Source: Paecilomyces variotii
Lineage: Eukaryota
DNA: 64,000 bases
Reading direction: 5' to 3' (one strand)
NCBI GenBank assembly: GCA_004022145.1
Contig: RCNU01000001.1
Shown here: positions 50,105-62,915 of the stretch, in pieces
Numbering within the stretch: the first letter of the stretch is position 1
Layout: every line of letters starts with the position of its first letter
Program-made: the position numbers and the translations under genes
Notes under the pieces: model-generated
Databases searched by the model: none
What the model saw: the letters and a program-made list of their open reading frames with translations, nothing else
Told to the model about the DNA's origin: nothing

Positions 50105-51636
50105 ATTTATTGCCTGTCCAATTGTTTCCCTCGACGTGAATTGAAGACGAGCCAACTTACTTAGCTCTTCGGCGCGCACGTCTATTTATTTACAGTAAGA
50201 GCGGATAAAGTCGAGCGACGTAGGCAACTAAATCGCGTCATCCCGCCAAAATTATGCTCGATTTGTTTAAGCAGGATGCTGTAGCGACACCTCTTAATTG
50301 GTTCTTGTGTTTTAGTAAGGTCAATCTGGCTTGGAGTCTGCGAGATCCAAGTTGACTACTACTTAACTATGTACTGTACTTAGGTATCGCTTAAGTATCG
50401 ACCCCGCAGACGGGCCATCGACCTTCCTGATCGAGGGAGATCAGACGGCGAATTAGTAATCGCTGTTTTGCACTTCTTCCGGAATTGGAGAAAATATCAT
50501 ATACCTTAATAGCTTCTAGATAGCAGAGCTCGTTTTGACTGGATCCTACGTGCTGCTTGTGTGATTGGGAGGTTGAATGGCGTGTCCTCGAAGGGATACT
50601 TGGTCTCATATTAAATGCGCAAGATAGATGCCACGTTTATTTGAAGGCATTTCTGAAGATACTATCGAAACATCCTTAGGCTAAATACTTGAAGACAATG
50701 GTACTGTACATGTACGTGCCACGTTTCCATAGCAGATCTCGTTGTCCCCAGTTCTAGCCGTTGGACATATCAACGATATCGAGATGAAAAAGCTTAAGGC
50801 GCCTGTGGGGATAGCTTGTTCTTAGGTCGGACTGGCTCCATCCCATTCCGATAATGTTATATCTACAGATATATGGAAACCTGTGTTGGAAGCTCAGCTG
50901 AGACCGAGAAGCGCGAGTCTTTGCGCGTAGAGGAGACGAAGAAATAGCATCTATAGCACTTGCAACCTGCTAGTACGCACCAGAGGATCTTCCACTTATC
51001 AGAAAGCTATCGGCCAACTGCTACCGTCCGCCTCAATGATTAAATTAGCTCGGCATGATCGATAACCATCATAACTCACCGATAAGCATTTGGCATCAGG
51101 ATTGTCCTCTGGGACCTCTACGTGGGATAGAGATACCTAGCCACATGGCACAAATTCCACCGTTTTCTTAGAATAACTACCGAAAAAGCCTGAAAGGTAA
51201 CCATGATGTCCTAAATTGGAGACGTTGTGCAGAATAATGGCGGACAGATATTTAGAGAGCGTCACCGTCCGAATCAAGGTTGGAAAGTCGAAGACCCCGC
51301 TTTACTTACGGGCTGTACTTAAGTACATCGCCGATCGCTGGACAAGCTTGCGAACAGCAATTGGCTTTGACGGCATAGATACGCAGTGTTACACTCGTTT
51401 ATCGAATGGCAAGCTTTGTCAAAGATACCCATGCGAAGATCTGGGTGCAACGTCCTCAGTACATTGGCTTAATTTGAATACTACCTAGCGTTGAGACGGG
51501 ACAAAGCTGTCAAGCATATAAAGACGGCAAATGTATCCTGTATCCATTATACATGTCTCTTTATTCTCAATATCCTGCAGTGCGATATATATGGTAATTG
51601 TGAAAGTGGGATTTTCGTCAGCCGGAGACAAGTGAG

Positions 51637-51796
51637 ATGTATTATTATCAAGGGCTTTTATCTGCTTGTATCGCCCTGTCACTGGGGCTCTGCTGTATGT
51701 GCTTCTTTCTTTACTCATATACCATACAGGAGGTTTCTCCTTTTTGGTCGAGTTGTCTAGAGAGTTTTAAATTTTATACGGTAAAACAGTTACCTT

Positions 51797-51829
<33 letters not shown>

Positions 51830-54020
51830 CTGCGGAAGAAATCATTTTGATATTCATATCCTCTATCAACGCTGACTCTTATCCAGCTTACGCTCGTCTC
51901 CTGACTGTGCCGACGACACCTTTCACTCCCACAGAAGGAACCTATTCATTACATCAGCTAAAGAGCATCACCATAAGTTCTCAATACGCCAATACAGTAG
52001 ATAATGCAGGCCAGACTTTGATCCCACCAACATTATCCGAATTTGGCGAGGTCTTTCGAGCCGATCTTGAGTTATCATTAGGCTTCAAGTTGTCTCTTCT
52101 TCACGGAAACAAGCCCGAAACCAACTCGATTTTCTTGACTATCGATAATGAAACCACCTTTCATGATATCGCCGGCCGTGCTACTTCTGAAGGGTACACT
52201 CTAACCGTGAACGAGAACGGTATCATTATCTCCGGTGCCAGTCCCTTGGGTACTTGGTGGGGTACTCGATCTCTAATCCAAGAAGCTGTGCTCAACGACT
52301 TTGAGATACCTCATGGATCCGGAACTGATGCGCCTGGATGGGCTACTCGTGGAGTTATGGTAGGTTCTAAAACCACAATAGTGTTTAGTTTCATGCGATT
52401 AGTTAACACTCGTAGCTCGATGCTGGACGCCATTACTACCCCCCTGACTTCCTTATCGAAATATGCTCCTATATTTCCTTCTTTAAGCAGAACGTGTTTC
52501 ACCTTCATCTTAGCGATAACCTCTACAACAACGTCGATGAATACTCCAGAGAAGAATCCTTGGAGCTTTATGCTGCGTTTCGGCTTCTATCCGCAGACCC
52601 AACCGTGGAGGGTCTCAATAAGCGCATAAATGAATCCTATACACGGTCTCAATTCGATAATATCCAAGAGCAGTGCGCGAAGCGCGGAGTGACGATCATC
52701 CCGGAGATCGAATCCCCAGGACACGCATTGGTTATCGTGCAATGGAAGCCGGATATCGGTCTGGAGGATCTCAGCATGATCAATATCACTCAGCCAGACT
52801 CTATCCCTACTGTACAGACGATCTGGAAGACTTTCCTTCCGTGGTTTCATAGTAAGGTGGTTCATATCGGCGCAGACGAGTATGATAGTAGTCTGGTTGC
52901 GGACTATACCAGGTTCGTCAATTCAATGCATGGGTTCATCAAGGAGGAATCGTCCAAGGATACGCGAATCTGGGGTACTTTCACCCCGTCAGAGGGATCG
53001 AATGTCTCCCAGGAGGTATCGATCCAGCACTGGGAGTTCTTTGAAGATAATCCATACTTCGACTACATCAAGAACGGTTATAACGTCCTCAACTCAGACG
53101 ACGCATTCTACGTCGTGGGGAAATGGTCTGGGAGCTACCCCCAGATACTCAACAAGACGCGAGTCTTCTATGGTGACCCTGCCGGTGGACCATACGCCCC
53201 GAACATATTCGACACCAAAAACGCAACCAACAATCCACCCAGGAATAATCCTCATGTCCTGGGACAAGTAGCAGCTTTATGGAACGATTACGGTCCCAAC
53301 GCCACCACTGTCCTCGAAGCATATTATTCCCTGAGGGACGTCCTGCCCGCTCTCGCAGATAAGCAATGGGGCGGCGACCTGCTTGAGCAAGAATACGACC
53401 AGGTATTCGACAAACTGCACGCCGCTATCCCTGGACAGAACCTGGACCGTCGAATCAAGTCCAAGTCCGATCTCATCCTGAACTACAACTTCAAAACCCC
53501 CTCTGCCAAGATCCAAGACCTCTCCGGAAATAACTATAACGGGGTTTCTCACGGCTGCGCCGTCGAGGACTCCGCCATCCGTTTCTCCGGCACTTGCTAC
53601 CTCGAAACACCCCTTAGTAGTAAAGGTCGAAACTACACGCTCTCTTTCTCCGTTAAGCCGCTCTCCAACAATCCGGGAACGTTGTTCTCAGGCCCAGACT
53701 CGACCCTCATGAACGGCAACGGGTCCATCACGAACGTAACCCTCATCAGTGGCGGGAATCCCTACTCCCTCAATTACAGCCTCCCGCTCAACACCTGGAC
53801 GGACGTCAGGTTGATCGGACGCGGTAATCAGACTTTTCTGAATGTGAGCCCTTCCGCCAAGAACGAGTCGACGACGAGGATGATGGAATTCCTCACTCGT
53901 CTAGGTGTCAATGGTGAGAGTCTTGCCTGGGCCCCCATTGCTATTGAGGCGCCATTGGCCAGGATCGGCGAGGGATTCGAAGGCCTGATGAAGGATATTT
54001 CCCTTAGAGGGAGCGCGTGA
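51637..54020 (+). CDS. Secreted GH20 beta-N-acetylhexosaminidase with C-terminal LamG/ConA-like region (introns 51695-51886 and ~52360-52415)
   Basis: Signal-peptide exon MYYYQGLLSACIALSLGLC. Motifs EGYTL, DAP....RGVM|LDAGRHY, FHLHLSDN, IIPEIESPGH and HIGADEY (catalytic DE). Confidence 0.9.
51799..51829 (+). repeat. Poly(T) run (~31 nt) within the first intron of the GH20 gene
   Basis: Uninterrupted T homopolymer. Confidence 0.95.
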
Positions 54021-54725
54021 TACTTTTTCTCTTGGTCACTAGAGAGGCCCGTTCAATGTCCTCGAATGTCACCGTTAGAATTTATCTGTTTTGAGTGGCG
54101 GTTTCTTTTTCTTGTTATTTCTGCGCCGATTGGGGTCTAGAATCGATCGGTTAAGAATATTTCTAGCGTAGAATCTGAAGTTAGCCGAATGCTTCGTAGA
54201 ACTGGACAGTTAGCCGATTCCCATGCCGAACGGATTCGCTGCTTATGTGATTGGCACTGGATTAGCTACTCTTTTCAAAGGCGTGCAAGGACGTTTTAGT
54301 TAATACTATCTTCTCAGAAAAGGCAACCGTTGACGGATTAATTCCCGTGAAGTGGGAAGGAAGATCTTAAGTAGTTAGTACTATCTAAATTAAGTACTAG
54401 CAGGCTGCGAGTGATATGGATGACGGACGATCTTTGGTGCCGTCTTACCCTAGTCTCGGGGAGATACCACTACGCGGAGTTCGGCAGATTCGCCTTGTCA
54501 ATAGTGCGACTTGTCATAAGTTTATCAGAATATGGAAAAGTTCTATTGTGGTAGTTTCATCTCGTCGTCACAGAATGCATGTGTCTGGGTGTTTGCTTAT
54601 GTACTGCAGAAAGAATTCGAAAGTGATAATGCCGCCATCGATGTTGGATGGTGCGTCGTATCGTACGAAACCGAAGTCTCGCGACCTGAGGACCGATCGT
54701 GAAAAGTTGAAAGATGCAGCGTAGA

Positions 54726-57575
54726 TCAAAGGTTGTTCTCTTTCTTGAATTTGTCCCACGCTTCATTGAGCGCGCTGAAGACGGCGCCGGCGATCATACG
54801 TTGCTCTATTGTTGCGCTGGTAGGAATCTAAGACAAAGAACGACGGTATTAGTCAGGTCGAAATACGGACGTAAATCCCAAGGGACAAGTGATGAAACGT
54901 ACCTTGTCAGGATGCACCTTTGCAATACCTTTCATGTACTGTATCTTGACTTTATTCGGCAGGACCAACTCGGACAGGTTGACTTTCTTCCAGCCAGCTT
55001 CTGGCCACAGGACATTGTCGAGGCTGCCCAGTAGAGCACGCAGGTTATCTTGTTTTCCGCCCTTCCATGCCGCGATTTTCGCATCGACACTGTCCGTAAG
55101 AGCGAGCTTCTCTTCATCAGCACGATCAGCCTCTGCGTTAGCTGCTCGTAAGCGTGTAACTGCTTCACCAGAAGCTGCTGCGGTGGTCGATGGCCCTGCG
55201 AGGTCACTGAGAGCAGAGGGCCTAGAGGCCGGTTTCTTTGGCTGAACTGGCCGCGAAGCAGGTCTAGGAGTAGGCTTGCTGATACCAGCCGCTTTTTCGC
55301 ACCTGTTACGGCCTTGGATACTGGTGCTGCCTCCATGACCTGTCTCAACAGCCTGTTTCCATACTCTGGCTGCATCTTCCCAACGCTCGAGCTGTTCTAG
55401 TGCCTCGGCCTTGCGCATCAGTGCCTTTCCGTAGAAGTCCCTCATAGGCTTGCTTGGCTCGCCATTGCCCATATCTATTGATTCCGCTTCTCCTTTCGAT
55501 GGGCCTATTATGGATAGGATCGTATCTGCGTCATCAATAGCAGATTTAGGTTCTCCAATTTTCAAAGCAGTCATAGCGCGGTTGCTGAGAAGGACAATGG
55601 TAACCGGGTGCTTATCCGGAAGACCTGACACAGCTGCGGCAAACGCCTCATGTGCGGCAGCATAGTCACCACGCTTAAAAGCCTCCGTCCCCTTTTGGCG
55701 ATACTGATGTGAGGACATGAGCACCGAAGAGGATACCTGGGGTATTGATCGGGGAGGAGCTTTTGGCTTCGCGGGGAGCGGCGCTGATGGCTTCGAGGGA
55801 CGTGAAGCTTGGATGGGAGGGGTTGCAGCTGATCCTTGTGGGCGAGGAACCTGGGATGGACCAGGACTATCGAACAGATCAACATTGGGACTAGAGGCCT
55901 GTTGTTCTGTGGCAGGACGTCTTCTTCTGGCAGGACTGATATACGCCTGAGTTGATTGTTCCTCCACGGCAGCACGGCTCAGACGAGATCTACTATCACT
56001 TGCCTGAGGCCGTTGTTGTGCGAAAGCAGGCTGAGGGGCACGTCTTTCCGGGTGACTGAAAGGATTCTTCGAGTTCAAAGGGAGCTCGTGACTTTCCCGA
56101 ACCGGTTGAGCATCAGCCTTAGGACGTGTACGATGGCGAGTAGGTGGGCCTTCGCTTGCTTCTAGAAGGAGTGCCTCGTCAGTGAACTGTTCTGGGCGAC
56201 TGCGATCAACTTCTGGCTGGGCTTCGCGTTGCGCTCTACTGCCGTCAAGATGATCCGCTCGAGGCCGAGGCGACGAACGTCGATGCTCCCCTGCGACAGA
56301 TGCATCTCTCATCCATCGGGGTTGATTTGGATCATGATCGGAGTTGAGTTCTTGAACAGCCTGTTGGAACTTCTTGCTTCCAGTTTTCCAAAGAGAATTC
56401 GCGGTCTTGAAAAGGCTGTTGCCAAAATTAGCCGCTATGTGCGCAGCATCCCTTTCTGCTGTCGCAGGGCTTCGGCGATCATCGCGCGTTCCTGAGAAAT
56501 CAGATCTGTCGCTGCCTCTTGACCAAGCTGGCTCGTCATGGCCTCGTCGTTGACTCCGATCCCTGCCCCGTTCGCGCTGATCAAAAGAGCTCGCTCCACC
56601 ATCTCTGGCTCTAGCCTTCTCTCGCGATTCGGCGTGAGCTTGGTTTAGAAGCCAGCCGACTGCTGCCTGGACATCCATACCAGAGTCGGTACTGCTCAAG
56701 GCTTGGCGTGCTTTCTCTGCCGGGAATCCCATATCCACCAGCTCCGCCACAGCTCGGTCGACACCATCCGCGGGCTTCGGGATATCCTTGGTCTCCTCCT
56801 TAACAGGCGTTTGGCTTGAACTCCGATGTGCCTGTATGGACGAAAACTCCGATACGGGCTTGGCAAGGTCTCCTAGGAAATCATCGTCTGTATCCGTGGT
56901 TTCTTGTGTCGTCGACTTTGGTGTAGCAGCTGGCTTTGAGCTCATCTGTCCAAGACCGAATGGATCGTCGTCGTCGAGAAAAGACATATTGTCGTTCTGA
57001 GCTGTTGGAGCGAAACCGGAAGCGGGAGTCATCGATACTGGTGCTGGTGACGACGTAGAACTAGGAATTGGAAAGTTGGTCGACGCATCTACAGGCGCAG
57101 AGGCCTTGAAGGCAGCAAGGATATCGTCTTCATCTTCCTCAGTCGGTTGTATCTTCGGTGGTGCACTTGGCTGGGGAGCTCCGACAGTTGCTGGACTGCC
57201 TTCACCTTGTCCAAGACTATCCCAAAATCGCGCGTTATTCCCGCCATATTGTGCCTCCCAGCGTTGTCTCTTCTCTGCTTCCTGTTTTGCTCTTTCTTCT
57301 TGCAACCGCTTCTGACGCTCCGCTAGAGAAAGGTTCTTGTCAGGGTTGGAGGCGTTGAAAGAGACGAGATTGGCGAAGCTATCGTTTGCAGGCGTAGTAG
57401 GCTTAGAAGGTGGATTTGAGGGGCCGGAGGGACCAGAGGGCCCAGAGAGTGGAGTAGAACGTCCGGAGAGGGGAGTTGACCGCATGGTCGAGAAGAGAGA
57501 ACTGGAAGTCATCGGGGGCGGTTTCGTTGCTTCGTTCGAGCCGGGAGTCCAGCTCAGACCACTCAAGTCCTCCAT
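54726..57575 (-). CDS. swa2: Auxilin-like clathrin uncoating factor Swa2 (UBA + TPR + J-like domain); intron ~54902-54829
   Basis: DSFANL and DDDPF clathrin/adaptor-type motifs; UBA (AELVDMGF..AVGWLL); TPRs (KGTEAFKRGDY, SNRAM..LK.GE); C-terminal WK.GK.DNLRALL, KVHPDK and last exon F.ALNEAWDKFK. Confidence 0.9.
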
Positions 57576-60321
57576 GACGGACGAGCGTTCCGTGCAAGCA
57601 AGACCGTATTATGGTCGTGGAGCTTCAGTGTCGGGACGCTCTAGGAGGACCACCGCAAAGCGCTGCGTGTCCGTACACCTGCTCAAACTGCCACAAGGCG
57701 AAAATGAGTCATCCACCTAGTGAGACATAACCAGGTGATAGAATGCTTGCACAAAGGCTGGATCAATCGATCGACACGCGCTGTTCACTGCAGAAATGAC
57801 GATGGTGGTTCTGTGGCCGTTGAGCTTCATCCGGTGGCGGTGCTCATGATGCGTGGCTGAGGCCGCGTAAATGTGGCTTAGGGAGCCCCTTTTGGCCTCT
57901 CACGTGACACGCGGCCGAGCGCTGAGTCAGCGCATGGACAAAGATCGGCGGCAGACCATAACACATAATAAAACATCCGGTTTGACGGCACGGCCTAGAC
58001 CATCTGCGAGTCCCTAAGGAACCATACTCTAGAGTACTCTAGCTCTCGAGGTTGGTGGAGATTTCCGCGCCGGCGTCGTTCCGCGCAAAAGTTCCCACAT
58101 GCAGTGGGAGTCACTGTACCTGGTACCATACCATACCATAAAGCTGGACAATAATGTTTTGACTAACTTATCCTCCATACCAGTAACTAACGACCATAAC
58201 TAGGTCCAGTCCCTCGTGCCTAGACCATGATTGCTGCTTTGCGGTCTTTGCCCTCGCCGTTCCAAGGCACAGGTGGCAGAAACTCGTCCACTCCTCCATT
58301 CCCCTAGAAGTGGCCCTGGCGTTCAGATTGGCGCTAAACTTTCCGGGATACTCCAGGCACAAAGTTCGCGTCAGAGGACGCTATCCAGGGACGTTGACGG
58401 GTCTAACCGAGTCGCGGAGACGGCAGGCTTCCCGTTTGATAGGACCGTCTCGGCGTCTCCGTCCACAGCGATGGATAGGACAGTTTCTGTTGAATCGGAG
58501 TGCAACCCGTACCTGGGGCCCACTGCACGTAGACTGCTAGAGTGGTAGGTCCGGATCGTGGTGTCCTCGAACCAGATTATGGCGACGCCTCATTTAGCTG
58601 GAGAGTCATATTGTTATTTTGTTTCTATGCATGAACGTCGTGTCTGCGGTCCTCTGTCGCGAATCTCGACCCTGTTTTCCATGCGCCGTCGATGGGGTTG
58701 CCCTGGCGGAAATTCGAGACAGAGGTGCGAGGACCGGACTGCCCCTAGAAGATCTCCCGGCGCGAGACGGGGATTAGAAGCGCTGGCTCCGGTCGAACCT
58801 GGCAAAATGCGATCATATCAGAATAATAATGGCTCGTGCGAGGCAAAGAGACTCCGCTGCCCGTGCTCCACGGGGTCTCTCTCTAAATACCCCCTTGGAC
58901 TCATCAATCGAGCCGTATTATTAGTTAGATAGTTAGTCAACTTAGCTACCATTTGCCCTGCCGGTTCGGATTTGAGCTCCCCGGCCCCAAGAGACAATCA
59001 ACCAAACCAGCGGCGACCCAGCAGCGTGGCCTCGGAGTTGTTTACCCCTCTAGCTCGGGCGATGGATCCTGGGCGGCTCTCCAGGGATGGATGAAGCCGG
59101 GAGAACACGAGCTCGCCATGCTGCGCCAGCTATGGTAGTTAGTTACTGCTGGAACCGCTGCCATCCATCGTAACTAGTCGACGGGAGGAATGATATCGCA
59201 TTGAGATAGGAACATCAACAACGCGTTACGAGTGACGACGTCCTCGAGTCCGAACGACAGTTAACTAGCCCACGTTAGATACCAATGATAATATGATTCT
59301 GATCTTTCTTCTCTCACCAGCACGGGGTGACCCTGACTGATGGAGCAAAGACCTGCACGGTCGAGAAAGCTTCTCCTTAGCGGCGGGCTCCGCACTGTCG
59401 TCTCTGATCCGATTCCGTAGGCACCGGCGCACGGTGCCCCGTCCCTTGCAGATGGGGGAAATGTTTTGGTTGTAGTAATAATACTGTAATAATGATTGTT
59501 GTAACTAGGCTTAGCAACTTCATCCTAACCGGTGGCGAAAGAGCCCATTATTGGCTTCCTAGAGGCGTTGTCGCGGATGTTAGTGAAGGGTTTAATTTTA
59601 GCATGTGCTCGTGATGCATCAACCGTGATGGAGGAGGCAAAAGAAAAGGAATTTGATTGTACAGTACATTGTAGATCTTACCGGGGAGGGACAAATGAAC
59701 TCTGATATCCAATCGAGCTGTCCCTGAGGGCTAATAATACTATCGAGTCCGTGCTGGGTCGCTATCGATAGAGTCTGTCACATAATAATAATAAATAAAT
59801 AATTTTCTGTACCGCCCATCCATCTCCCCCCCGGCGGAAACACACTTTCGCCCATTCGAGGAAACCGAGAGAACATCGACTGTGGTATGGACAGTACGTA
59901 CTAATAAACCGCGATGCACCTTAACTCCTGCTAGAAACGCGACCACGAAGTCAAATCCGATCGACCTCCACCAGCGACTCCGCCGTCGTTCTCCTTTTCT
60001 CTACCAACAGTTGCTGAGATCCCACTGGACCGGGGCTGCGACCTTGACCAGAAGTCAAGTTGGTTCCACGAGAGAAATAATTTAGTTGTCAGGCGTTCTC
60101 AGCCCGCCGGGCTCAGCTTCTCATTGAGGGGACGCCCGTTCGTTGTCGCCAAAGTTCAAAACAAGACATCCCCCGCGCTCTCGTGCAAAAGGATCGCTGG
60201 TGGTGCATTACCATCACTCGACTGACGAGACGAACCATCCCTCATCCTTGTCCCGCACCCCGCGGACTTCAGAACAAGACCTCCTCCATCGTGCAGCTCG
60301 CTGACTCGATTGCTGTCCATC

Positions 60322-62028
60322 ATGGGTATCTTCAAACGGAAAGATTCCAAAAACTCCATCTATGGCTCGGACAAGGATGAGCAGGAATCCGTGGTGAGCC
60401 CACGAAACTCAAGTGCATCGCTCAAGTCGCCTTCTTTCGTCAAGCCCAGCGCTGTTCTCCCCGCGTCCATTCCGGAGGTGCCAATTGCCAAGCCCCCAGA
60501 TCCAACTCTCGACCCGGGGGCATATCTTCGAAGCATCCATGCCGTGCGTGACCGGTCTCGGATCGTTCTGCAGAGAGCAAAGCGGAACCTATTAAACCAC
60601 TTCGATGTTGATATGACCAAGTTCGAAGAGACCGCATCGTATGTTGTCTCCATTATCAAGGTAAGTTTTTTATCGAATATATGCTCCCCATGCCATCCAA
60701 TATGGCTGGATGAACAAATAGCTTACGAGTTACAAGAGGGACCATGCTCCAGACTACCAGTCGATCCCTCCCCACGGTCGCTGGCAGCACTTTGACGTGG
60801 GTGGGAGACCTCGTATCAACCAACTGCTCCAGTCATGGCCCAGTACTATTGATGCCCAGGAGCGCACCAGGCGTCTGATAGATTTGTTCTTGGTTTCTGT
60901 TCTTTTGGATGCTGGTGCTGGGACCAGATGGTCCTACAGATCTAAGGAGTCCGGCAAAGTCTACTCACGAAGCGAGGGACTCGCCGTGGCAAGCTTGGAG
61001 ATGTTCAAAAGTGGAATGTTCAGCAGTGATCCAACGGAACCGTGTCAGGTTGACGGTGCTGGTCTGAAAAAGGTGACTGTGGATATGCTCGCCAAGGGTA
61101 TGCAACATTCAGAGGAGAACCCTCTGGCTGGGCTGGAAGGTCGCGCGGGACTTTTAGCAAGCCTCTCAGACGCCCTGAACAACCAAGAACTCTTTGGTGT
61201 TGACGCCCGACCAGGAAACATGCTCGGTCAGTTGCTCTACCGCCTTCTAGTCCGACGTCCATTGTTTGAAGAGACATACTGACAGTGTCTCAGACTACCT
61301 GCTCTCCCACCCCTCTACACTCGCTTCATCTGTTCCTATTGTTCCTCTGCCCATACTCTGGTCTGTACTAATGGATGGTCTCGCATCAATTTGGCCAGCC
61401 TCCAGGACGCAAATCGATGGGGTGTCTGTTGGAGACGCCTGGCCATGCTCGGATCTTCCACAATCCCCTCCCGCGCAGCCTTGGGAGAGCATCGTTCCTT
61501 TCCACAAACTTACCCAATGGCTCTGTTACTCCATCATGGTTCCGATGTCGAAGTTAATGAATATCCATTTTGCCGGAAGCGAACTATTAACCGGTCTGCC
61601 CGAATATCGAAATGGTGGTCTCCTCGTTGACATGGGTCTGTTGACATTGAAGGAGCGAGACATGCAGCGCGGGATAGAAGCCTACAAAGAAAATGCGCAG
61701 ATAAAGGGTCAACCAAACATGGAGGTTGTGCCCCTTTTCCGAGCCGATGACGATGTCATCGTTGAGTGGAGAGCTGTGACCGTGGGATTTTTGGATGAGC
61801 TTCTTGATGAGGTCAATCAGCAGCTGGGCCTTAGGGGTGACGAGAAGCTTTCTCTCGCCCAAATGCTGGAGGCTGGAACTTGGAAGGTTTGTTCTCTCTT
61901 CAGCACGGATGGCATGTGTAACGCCGCTAATCATCACTCTTTAGGGTGGCCGCGAGATTGCAGAAGTCTCAAGACCAAACACCAAGGAGCCTCCGATCAT
62001 GATCATCTCCGACGGCACTGTCTTTTAA
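60322..62028 (+). CDS. DUF1688 / Urc4-Urg3 family protein (uracil catabolism-associated); three introns
   Basis: YLRSI.AVR, IPPHGRWQHF..GG.PR, LVSVLLDAGAG..W, RSEGLAVAS, VPFHKLTQWLCYS, LTGLPEYRNGGL, IVEWRA.TV, Q.LEAGTWK.GRE and terminal SDGTVF*. Confidence 0.92.
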
Positions 62029-62915
62029 TAACCCTTCGTTTCTTTCCGTTCCAAAACCTTCATACAGCTTTCTCTTCGGGACTTCTCGGCCTTCTTCAAC
62101 CGTATTCATCTCATAATGACTATTTCACGACCAGGTGTTTCGTTGGTGCCTTCTTGAGAACCTTTCTCCTCCAGTCGTAATTTTTTATTTGTCCCCAACT
62201 ACTCTGTGAACGATAACGACGACTTACTTCATATTGGCTTTGACATGCTCAAGAAACTTAATGCAATCATAATACCAGTTCTTTAAAAGGTCCAACTTGT
62301 TGCATGAGGCGGATAGTTGAAATGTAACAGCTGCTAGGAAAACAATGCAATGCGACAGCTGATTCATCCTTGCATTGGAAATGCAATGAATCTATATACA
62401 GAAGCCGTATTCGATCTGGCGCCGTAACGTACTGTGTAGGTAAAATTGAGTCTTTGTCCCAGCTCATGCAGCATCTGGAGTAAGGCTAGAATAGCTAGTT
62501 GATCGGCTTGATGTCGATCTCTTTTTAGGCCATCGAAAACCCACTGAAAAGTCTCCGATAATGCACGGTCGGTCAAAGCTGCAGCAATAATAGCTAAAGT
62601 AATAATAACCTGGGAGCGTGCCTTGGAACCACGGCACGTGATCCTGCGGAACATCATTGACCCCAGCCACTATTATTACTCTCCGCAACGTCGGCCAAGA
62701 TTCCCGCAACGCTTCGATATATCATTTCGAGAGCCCTCAATTCCACAAATCGTCCCCTTTGAAGCCGCTATCCAGATAAGTTTGAAGCCTAGTCAGGCCA
62801 CATATTATTGTTGAATAGACTATTTGCATTGTATTCCCCGCAACGCTGATCTTGCGTAAACTGCTCTCTTATCGCTGCCACCTTTTGAGCTAGCCTCGAG
62901 CTCACACCGGACACA

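Noticed and set aside
51148..51158. GCACAAAT (Ndt80/Ron1-like site) upstream of GH20
   Set aside because: A single short motif, expected by chance; unsupported without conservation data.
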